Positions 25,530-32,000 of a stretch of DNA of 32,000 nt are shown here, in pieces. A program made the position numbers and the translations under genes. The DNA comes from Psychrobacter cryohalolentis K5 (GTDB taxonomy: Bacteria; Pseudomonadota; Gammaproteobacteria; Pseudomonadales; Moraxellaceae): NCBI RefSeq assembly GCF_000013905.1, contig NC_007969.1, positions 1,980,001 through 2,012,000 on the forward strand, given 5' to 3'. The number at the start of each line of letters is the position of its first letter. Position 1 is the first letter of the stretch. The notes below the pieces were generated by a model. That model was not told where the DNA came from. It saw only the letters and a list, made by a program, of their open reading frames with translations, and ran no database searches.

Positions 25530-26768
25530 TTATTTCTTTTTTGCATCACTCAAAATAGAATTAGCATCACTAAAGCGAGTTTCTAAAGTGCTTTTACCTT
25601 GTCCGTATATTCCTTTATCTGTAATTTCACTAATAATGACTGCTTGGCTTGAAAATGGTTGTTTATGGTCAATTCCTTTAGGCGTGACCATCAATTCTAA
25701 TAATAAGCCTATGGTAGTCTGATAGCTTTTTTCGGTACGTTCACTCAATTGTTGATAGTCATCAGCTGGCTTGTCTGCCAGTGCTGCATTAGCTTGTGCT
25801 AATTGGTTCTCAAGGTCTGATATTTTGGCGTTTGCTGCTGTTAATCTTTTAATAATTTGCTCATTATTCGGGGGTTCAGTTTGCGTTACTGTGGGCGCTG
25901 GTATCTTGTCGGTATCGTTTGGCAGATTGTCATTAAAACCCCTAATAATGAAGTTGTAACGAGCAAGCCATAATTTTACTTGTTCAGCTGGTATCTGTTC
26001 TTTATCGTTAATAGGATTTAATGCTTTTGCCTCTATTGCGTTGCTTACCATATCTTTGTAAGCGTTATATTTATCATCATTATGGCTATATGCTGGGTTA
26101 TCGTTAGATAATAAGCAAGTGACTTGGTGGGGAGTGAATAGAACATAACTAATAAGCAGTCTTTGGCTGCCAGTCGGCTCTATTAGGTCATTTCTTGCAT
26201 TCATGTCCGCTGTAACACTATCTCTTATTGTTTTAGCAGCATTCATATAAAATTCAAACTCATTTTGTGCGTTATCGTATGATTTTTTGACGTTAAATAA
26301 ATTGATTAACTCATTTCTTGAAAAACGCACCTCATCAAAATCAATATTTGAATATTTAAGGTCATCGAGCTTATCAACTTCTCCAATAGGGGGATTTTTA
26401 AACAAAAAAACTTCATCAAAAACACTATATGCCTTACTTTGCTGTTTAATAATTTTCTGAATAGTAAAAGGCGAATGTATTTCTATCCATTCGGGCACGT
26501 CAGCATCACCAAATGTTGAGTAACTCTCATAATTCCTAGTTTGGTGCATAAAAAAATCATCATGTGTGAAATAGGCTTTCATTTTGTCATAACGAATTGT
26601 TTTATAATTAATATCAGGATAGCTAACGTAACCACTGAACAAAAATACTGGGGTAAGCTTTTCAATATTGCTTAATTCCTCAAGGGTTGAACCATCTATT
26701 TTTTCGCCCGTTAATTCAAAAACAAAGTCAATGGCTTGCCGTATAGATAGATATTCTTGCACTAACAT
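25530..26768 (-). CDS. Hypothetical 412-aa protein, visibly more AT-rich than its neighbours (island cargo)
   Basis: Long ORF between int and alpA. It has a coiled-coil-like segment (IIKRLTAANAKISDLENQLAQANAALADK). I recognise no family. Confidence 0.75.
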   Translation of the reverse strand: MLVQEYLSIRQAIDFVFELTGEKIDGSTLEELSNIEKLTPVFLFSGYVSYPDINYKTIRYDKMKAYFTHDDFFMHQTRNYESYSTFGDADVPEWIEIHSPFTIQKIIKQQSKAYSVFDEVFLFKNPPIGEVDKLDDLKYSNIDFDEVRFSRNELINLFNVKKSYDNAQNEFEFYMNAAKTIRDSVTADMNARNDLIEPTGSQRLLISYVLFTPHQVTCLLSNDNPAYSHNDDKYNAYKDMVSNAIEAKALNPINDKEQIPAEQVKLWLARYNFIIRGFNDNLPNDTDKIPAPTVTQTEPPNNEQIIKRLTAANAKISDLENQLAQANAALADKPADDYQQLSERTEKSYQTTIGLLLELMVTPKGIDHKQPFSSQAVIISEITDKGIYGQGKSTLETRFSDANSILSDAKKK

Positions 26769-26890
26769 AACTCACACCTTTACACACCCTTAATTCAAAG
26801 TAGGTGCAAGGCAGTGCCAGCCTAAAGGTGTGTGAACGGCTGGCTTTCGGGTAATTAGTCCTAGCCTTGCATAGTCGTTACAGCATGATA

Positions 26891-28132
26891 TTAGCCATGC
26901 TTTTGTTTTTGTTGTCTAAAGTTGGTATGTATGACGTTATCCAATTTGCCAGCATAAGCATCATCAATAAAGTTTGCCCATTGGTGCATCATGTCTATTC
27001 TATATGGCAAGTGCTGCGCCCCGTTGTAGGCTGCGCTGATCTTGTTTTCTCTATCATGTGCCAGCTGTAGCTCTATGGCTTCGTGCATAAACTCTTTTTC
27101 ATGTAGTGTGGTACTGGCAAGCCCTCTAAACCCGTGCCCCGTCATCTTGCCTTTATAACCCATATTCCATAGGGCATTAATAAACGCGCTTTGACTGTAT
27201 GGCTTACGAGTTGAGGTATTAAAGAAAACGTACTGATCGGAAAAACCTAGCTCTTTGATCTGTTCCAGTATCGCCATTGCTTGCGGTGCTAATGGCACAA
27301 TATGCAAACGCTTGGCTTTCATCTTATCGGCTGGTATGCGCCATAAGCCATGTTTGTAGTCAATCTCCGACCACTCCATGAAGCGGATCTCATTAGTACG
27401 CACAAACGTATAGCATAAAAACCATAAGCCTAGTTTCACCAGTACATCACCTTGATAAGCATTGATGTCTGTTAGTAGCTTTGGCAGTTGCTGGCTAGTA
27501 ATACGGTGGTGGTTGGTCGTTTTGTGTGGTTTGATTGCTTCGGCTAGGTCGGTGGCTGGGTTATGTGTGGCTAGTCCATTGCGGATAGCGTGCTTAAATA
27601 TCTGTCCTACTTCTCTAATGGTACGCCTTGCCATTTCATTAGCACCACGGCTTTCTACTGCTTTGCCAATAGCTAATATATCAGGCGCGGTTATGTCGTT
27701 GATGTTCTTTTGACCAATAGAGGGCTTAACATCGCGCATATAGGCGGAATAGTTACGAGTAAAGGTGCTTTCTGCTAGGTAGGTTTTGCGTTCTGCATAC
27801 CATGACTGGGCTATGTTATCGAAAATATTTAAACCGTCTTGGCTGGCTTGCTGCTCTTTTTTATGATCTTTGGGGTTCACACCATCAGCTATTAAGCGTT
27901 TGATCTCAATATTGCGCTGCCTTGCGTTCTGCAAGCTCATAACTGGATAAGTGCCAATAGTGAGGGTTTGCTGCTTACCTTGCCAGCGGTAGGCGCTGAT
28001 CCATGACTTAACGCCCGTGTAACGAACCCATAATTGCAGCCCGTTACCATCACTATGTTTATCAGGTCGCTTTGTATCAATCGAGGTGCTACTGGGCTGT
28101 AGCTTATTGATAACGGTATGAGTTAAGGGCAT
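26891..28132 (-). CDS. int: Tyrosine recombinase, P4-type integrase (DUF4102 arm-binding N-domain + catalytic domain)
   Basis: GLQLWVRYTGVKSWISAYRWQGKQQTLTIGTYPVMSLQNAR is DUF4102-like. The C-terminal HGFRGLASTTLHE...LAHD...AYN region carries the R..H.xR..Y catalytic pattern. The gene lies adjacent to the tmRNA. Confidence 0.93.
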   Translation of the reverse strand: MPLTHTVINKLQPSSTSIDTKRPDKHSDGNGLQLWVRYTGVKSWISAYRWQGKQQTLTIGTYPVMSLQNARQRNIEIKRLIADGVNPKDHKKEQQASQDGLNIFDNIAQSWYAERKTYLAESTFTRNYSAYMRDVKPSIGQKNINDITAPDILAIGKAVESRGANEMARRTIREVGQIFKHAIRNGLATHNPATDLAEAIKPHKTTNHHRITSQQLPKLLTDINAYQGDVLVKLGLWFLCYTFVRTNEIRFMEWSEIDYKHGLWRIPADKMKAKRLHIVPLAPQAMAILEQIKELGFSDQYVFFNTSTRKPYSQSAFINALWNMGYKGKMTGHGFRGLASTTLHEKEFMHEAIELQLAHDRENKISAAYNGAQHLPYRIDMMHQWANFIDDAYAGKLDNVIHTNFRQQKQKHG

Positions 28133-28144
28133 TGGACTATCCTT

Positions 28145-28195
28145 TGTTGGTATTGAGCATATGTATAAACTCTAATACCAACAATAATACCAACA
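28145..28195. repeat. AATACCAACA decamers (one inverted, two direct) between the int start and the att repeat; candidate integrase arm-type sites
   Basis: tgttggtatt at 28145-28154, taataccaaca at 28173-28183 and ataataccaaca at 28184-28195. Matching copies gataccaacc (18984-18993) and ataataccaaca (18994-19005) lie at the opposite island end. Confidence 0.5.
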
Positions 28196-28197
28196 TT

Positions 28198-28310
28198 CTA
28201 TATAGGACGCTATACCCCTACATAACCCTCAATCCTTGAAAAACGCCCAAAATAAAGGGCTAACAGTCTATGACGGTCAGCCCTTTATCAATGTTTGGTG
28301 GAGATGGCGG
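28198..28310. repeat. tmRNA-proximal direct repeat (att-type), partner of 18821-18923
   Basis: See the alignment described for 18821-18923. Confidence 0.92.
28239..28286 (-). terminator. ssrA rho-independent terminator
   Basis: The minus-strand RNA forms AAAGGGCUGAC-CGUCAUAGACU-GUUAGCCCUUU, an 11-bp stem with one G-U, followed by AUUUUGGGCGUUUUU. Confidence 0.7.
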
Positions 28311-28654
28311 GAGTTGAACCCGCGTCCGCCAGCATTACGCTCATGAATCTACATGTTTAGTTTCTGTCTTTGGTTTTAGTCCGCACCGATCCGACAGTCA
28401 GGATGGATAGGACGATTCTCTACTTTTAAACCCAAGCAATTGAGACAATCACTTGTGGCGCTTCTACATGCGGACGCTTCAACTTAGTTGACCAACTGTA
28501 GATGATCAGCAACCAAGTAAACAGGGTTTAAGCTGCTAGAGCGTAATTTTCGTCGTTTGCGACTATAACAATATATGTTTGATTAACGAGAGGACATATA
28601 CTCTCGACATGCATCATTGAGTTTCATCACCAGCGTCGAAGCCAGAACATCCCC
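28296..28654 (-). ncRNA. ssrA: tmRNA (transfer-messenger RNA)
   Basis: The minus strand starts GGGGATGTTCTGGCTTCGACG and ends GGGTTCAACTCCCGCCATCTCCACCA. The internal tag frame GCAAACGACGAAAATTACGCTCTAGCAGCTTAA encodes ANDENYALAA* (28528-28560). Confidence 0.95.
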
Positions 28655-28667
28655 AATAAGGTCGATG

Positions 28668-28697
28668 ATTATATAGCATATATACGGCTGCTTGCAA
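28668..28697 (-). promoter_or_regulatory. Sigma70-like promoter for ssrA
   Basis: The minus strand has TTGCAA-N18-TATAAT (or N16-TATATA) ending about 13 nt before the mature 5' GGGG. Confidence 0.5.
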
Positions 28698-28739
28698 CCT
28701 ATTAGAGCTCTGTATTACATTACGTTACAGCTTAATCAT

Positions 28740-29411
28740 CTAAGCCAGTATGGTATTTAACCATTTACCGATATTTTGAATCTGCGGCATACATACCTGA
28801 TGGGCCATAGGATAGGTATGATAAGCAACATTATATCCTTTCTCTGATAATAACTGCTTTGCTTGTTCGCCTAATATAACGGGAACAACTGGATCATGCG
28901 TACCATGCTCGATCAAAATTGGCATATCTATGTTGACAGCGCTATAGCGAACGCTGTCATTGGTTGCAAAGTAGGTAGAAAGCGCCATCAAGCCAGCCAA
29001 GCGCTGTGGGTAACCGAGTGCCACATGATACGCCACTGCCCCGCCCTGCGAAAATCCTGCAATCACAATATGTTCAGGTTTCACACCGCGCTCGATTTCA
29101 CGAGCAATCAAGTCATGGATTTGTTGTGCGGACTCTTCAATCTGCGCAATATCAACTTTGCGCTCAAGGCTCATCTCCAGGATATCATACCATGCGGGCA
29201 TGACCATACCGCCATTGACCGTCACTGGGCGGTTGGGTGCATGCGGAAAGATAAACCGCACTGCCATTCCATCCGCTAAGCCGAGCTGCGGCACGACTGG
29301 CTCAAAGTCATGACCGCTAGCCCCCAAACCATGCAGCCAAATCACGGATCGATTAATCGCTTTGTTTGCATGATTGTGTTCGACAATAACGGCATCTAGA
29401 TACTTATTCAT
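28740..29411 (-). CDS. Carboxylesterase/phospholipase-type alpha/beta hydrolase
   Basis: 223 aa with the nucleophile elbow GFSQGG, LHGLGASGHDF near the N-terminus, and the late HGTHDPVV and PMAHQV motifs. Confidence 0.85.
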   Translation of the reverse strand: MNKYLDAVIVEHNHANKAINRSVIWLHGLGASGHDFEPVVPQLGLADGMAVRFIFPHAPNRPVTVNGGMVMPAWYDILEMSLERKVDIAQIEESAQQIHDLIAREIERGVKPEHIVIAGFSQGGAVAYHVALGYPQRLAGLMALSTYFATNDSVRYSAVNIDMPILIEHGTHDPVVPVILGEQAKQLLSEKGYNVAYHTYPMAHQVCMPQIQNIGKWLNTILA

Positions 29412-29571
29412 TAATTATCCTTAATGAGAGTCAAAAATTTAAACAAAATTAATATTACAAAATGACTTTGGTTGTCATCATTCCTTAAACATAACCCTAT
29501 ATTTTAGGAACTAAGTCAGTAACCATAAAATTAGTAATGATGATTTATGCACATTTATGAGGATAGTTTAC

Positions 29572-30936
29572 ATGACAATTTCAAAAAATTCAGCGAATGA
29601 GCGGGCGCAGCTATACAACGCAGTGCTGAATAGACTCAGACGCCAAGGTTCTACCTTACCTTTAGCACTTATCAGCACTTTTTTATTAATAGGCTGTAAT
29701 GAAGATGACGGTTCATCAGCGATCGTACCACCTACTCTACCGCCAACGATTGAACCTATACAGACGCTAGCTTATACCTATGGCGTTCGACCATTTTATC
29801 TGGTCAACGATATGGATGACAGCCCGCTAAAAGATGAGTTACTGGCATGTAAGGGTCAAACACCTAGCAAGACAGATTTCTCTATCGCCCATCGCGGCGC
29901 GCCTCTACAATTTCCTGAGCATACTTATGACAGTTACATGGCCTCAGCACAGATGGGTGCAGGCATTTTAGAGTGCGATGTGGCCTTTACCAACGATGGT
30001 GAGCTGGTATGTCGCCATGCCCAAAACGATTTGCATACCACTACCAATATTGTCGCCACGCCATTAGCGAATCAATGTAGTGTCCCACCTATAATAGATG
30101 CTAATGGAACTCTCACCAATGCGGCCGATATTGAATGTCGCACTTCAGATATTAGCGTCAGGGATTTTAAAAGCTTAACGGGAAAAATGGACGCCGCTAA
30201 TCCAAAAGCCACCAGTATTAGTGCCTACATGAATGCGACTGCCCCATGGCGCACCGATTTATATTCACAAAATGGTGAGGTATTGACATTAAAAGAGCAT
30301 ATAGCACTTGCCAGTAGCTTGGGCATGAAGCATACACCTGAGCTCAAAGAACCCGTGGTTACTATGCCATTTAATGGATATAGTTTAGATACTTATCGTC
30401 AACAACTGATTGACACTTATAAAGTTGCAGGCGTGCCCGCCAGCGATGTATACCCGCAGTCGTTCAATCTTGCAGATATTGACTATTGGATTAATAACGA
30501 ACCGAACTATGCCACCAATGCCGTCTACCTCATCGATGATAGCAACGAGAGCGCGGCGGGTAAAATATTTGATAAAAACGACCCAACGACGTGGAAGCAT
30601 TCATTGGCTGAGCTGAAAGCGCGCGGCGTTAATATCATTGCCCCCGCAACTTGGCTATTGGTCACCAGCGATGGTAATGGCAAGCTGCTACCGTCGGCAT
30701 ATGCCTTGCAAGCCAAAGCCAATGGCCTCGACATTCTCACGTGGTCGCTTGAACGGTCAGGGCCATTAAAAAGTGGTGGTGGCTGGTATTATGGTGGGCT
30801 TAGCGACGCTATTAATAACGATGGCGACATCATGAATGTCATTGATGTGCTGGCGCAAGAAGTTGGAGTGAAAGGCATCTTCTCAGATTGGCCAGCAACG
30901 GTCAGTTACTATGCCAACTGTAAAGGTTTAAAATAA
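29572..30936 (+). CDS. Glycerophosphodiester phosphodiesterase-family lipoprotein
   Basis: Lipobox LLIGC. IAHRGAPLQFPEHTYDSY...ECDV...CRHAQ resembles the GDPD catalytic region. I chose the start at ATG 29572, 9 nt after GAGGA. Confidence 0.7.
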   Translation: MTISKNSANERAQLYNAVLNRLRRQGSTLPLALISTFLLIGCNEDDGSSAIVPPTLPPTIEPIQTLAYTYGVRPFYLVNDMDDSPLKDELLACKGQTPSKTDFSIAHRGAPLQFPEHTYDSYMASAQMGAGILECDVAFTNDGELVCRHAQNDLHTTTNIVATPLANQCSVPPIIDANGTLTNAADIECRTSDISVRDFKSLTGKMDAANPKATSISAYMNATAPWRTDLYSQNGEVLTLKEHIALASSLGMKHTPELKEPVVTMPFNGYSLDTYRQQLIDTYKVAGVPASDVYPQSFNLADIDYWINNEPNYATNAVYLIDDSNESAAGKIFDKNDPTTWKHSLAELKARGVNIIAPATWLLVTSDGNGKLLPSAYALQAKANGLDILTWSLERSGPLKSGGGWYYGGLSDAINNDGDIMNVIDVLAQEVGVKGIFSDWPATVSYYANCKGLK

Positions 30937-30979
30937 TGTAAAGGGTCAACCTTACTCATGTTATAAAGACATAAGGACC

Positions 30980-32000
30980 TTAAGTAATCGATTGGACTGG
31001 TTGCTTAATATCGGCATTTTGACCACGATGACGCAGATAATGATCCAGTAACACAATCGCTAACATAGCTTCGGCGATAGGTGTTGCACGTACACCAACG
31101 CAAGGATCATGACGACCTTTAGTCAGCATCTCAATCGCCTCCCCCTCTGTATTGATACTCTTGCCAGCCGTAGTAATACTAGAGGTTGGCTTCAGTGCAA
31201 TACTGACACGGATATCTTGTCCTGATGAGATACCACCCAAGATGCCGCCTGCATGATTGGCGGTAAAACCATCGGGTGTCATTTCATCACGAGAGCTATG
31301 CCCAAATTGTCCTGCCACTGCCATGCCATCACCAATCTCAACACCTTTAACAGCATTGATACTCATCATGGCATGGGCAATATCGGCATCTAAACGGTCA
31401 AAGACAGGCTCACCAAGTCCAACTGGTACACCGCTTGCAATAATCTCAAGACGGGCACCACAGCTCGTACCTTCACGGCGTAAACTATCTATCAAGGTCT
31501 CAAAGCGACTGACAGCATCGGCATCCGCACAGAAAAACGGATTACTATTCACAAAATCCCAATCGATTGTGCTCGAGTTTAGGACATCACTGTACTCATG
31601 ACCAATTTGGGTCACATGACCACGGATTTGCACACCTAAGCGCTCTAGCAAGTATTTTTTGGCGATAGCACCTGCCGCTACACGCATGGCAGTCTCACGC
31701 GCCGATGATCGACCACCGCCACGATAGTCACGAAAGCCATACTTCATACTATAAGTATAATCGGCATGACCAGGGCGAAAGGTATCTTTAATTTCACCAT
31801 AGTCTTTAGATTTTTGATTGGTATTACGAATCAGTAGACCGATAGAAGTACCTGTCGTTTTACCTTCAAAAACGCCAGAGATAATCTCGACTTCATCAGA
31901 TTCACGGCGCTGGGTCGAGTACTTAGAAGTACCCGGTTTACGGCGATCCAAATCTATTTGCAAGTCGGCTTCGGATAAGGCTAAACCTGGTGGCACGCCA
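30980..32000 (-). CDS. aroC: Chorismate synthase, lacking ~30 N-terminal codons (runs off the right edge)
   Basis: [45 protein letters not shown]...[41 protein letters not shown] is nearly collinear with E. coli AroC. Confidence 0.95.
   Translation of the reverse strand, partial: GVPPGLALSEADLQIDLDRRKPGTSKYSTQRRESDEVEIISGVFEGKTTGTSIGLLIRNTNQKSKDYGEIKDTFRPGHADYTYSMKYGFRDYRGGGRSSARETAMRVAAGAIAKKYLLERLGVQIRGHVTQIGHEYSDVLNSSTIDWDFVNSNPFFCADADAVSRFETLIDSLRREGTSCGARLEIIASGVPVGLGEPVFDRLDADIAHAMMSINAVKGVEIGDGMAVAGQFGHSSRDEMTPDGFTANHAGGILGGISSGQDIRVSIALKPTSSITTAGKSINTEGEAIEMLTKGRHDPCVGVRATPIAEAMLAIVLLDHYLRHRGQNADIKQPVQSIT

Larger units (their letters stand above)
18924..28197. mobile_element. ~9.3-kb integrative satellite-like island (PICI/P4-like: int, cargo, alpA operon, primase-helicase, iteron region) inserted in the 3' end of ssrA
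   Basis: It is bounded by the direct repeats. A P4-type integrase lies next to the tmRNA. All genes are co-directional, with overlapping or coupled start/stop codons from alpA to the primase-helicase. No structural or packaging genes are present. Confidence 0.8.

Noticed and set aside
26867-27713. Plus-strand ORFs 26867-27070 and 27462-27713
   Set aside because: They are antisense to the integrase gene.
28296-28370. Possible tRNA gene as the integration target
   Set aside because: The acceptor/T-arm-like sequence is the tRNA-like domain of tmRNA. The 5' GGGG...TTCGAC partner and the ANDENYALAA tag frame lie upstream on the same strand.
28896-31601. Plus- and minus-strand shadow ORFs inside the esterase, GDPD and aroC genes
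   Set aside because: They are antisense or out of frame relative to genes with clear family motifs.

Overview
The window looks like a moderately AT-rich gammaproteobacterial chromosome; Moraxellaceae/Psychrobacter-like is only a guess from composition and protein flavour. Right to left it has four parts. (1) Core genes at 28.7-32 kb: aroC (partial), a GDPD-like lipoprotein and a carboxylesterase. (2) ssrA/tmRNA at 28296-28654 on the minus strand, with tag ANDENYALAA. (3) A ~9.3-kb integrase/AlpA/primase-helicase satellite-like island (18924-28197) lies immediately downstream of ssrA. It is bounded by 103/113-bp direct repeats that duplicate the last 15 nt of tmRNA plus its terminator. It carries a 1.2-kb non-coding region packed with at least three repeat families, and an AT-rich 412-aa cargo gene between int and alpA. 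(4) Distal to that island lie a BLUF photoreceptor gene and an integrase-less mobile-element module (Gp2/YfjJ-like, DUF932, YqaJ exonuclease, Cys-rich protein, AlpA). Beyond them is a defence island, made up of an AAA_21 ATPase + small Toprim-like pair (AbiL/RloAB-like), two uncharacterised gene pairs, an IS3 scar, and the start of a type-1 BREX operon (brxA, brxB, brxC running off the left edge). The two uncharacterised pairs are a CoiA-like nuclease + membrane-anchored Hjc-like endonuclease, and a 2-TM zinc-ribbon protein + secreted Sel1-repeat protein. My best candidates for undescribed systems are these two pairs (4715-8085), the satellite cargo gene (25530-26768) and the unusual iteron architecture of the satellite (19.1-20.6 kb). 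All family assignments come from reading the translations by eye, with no searches run.
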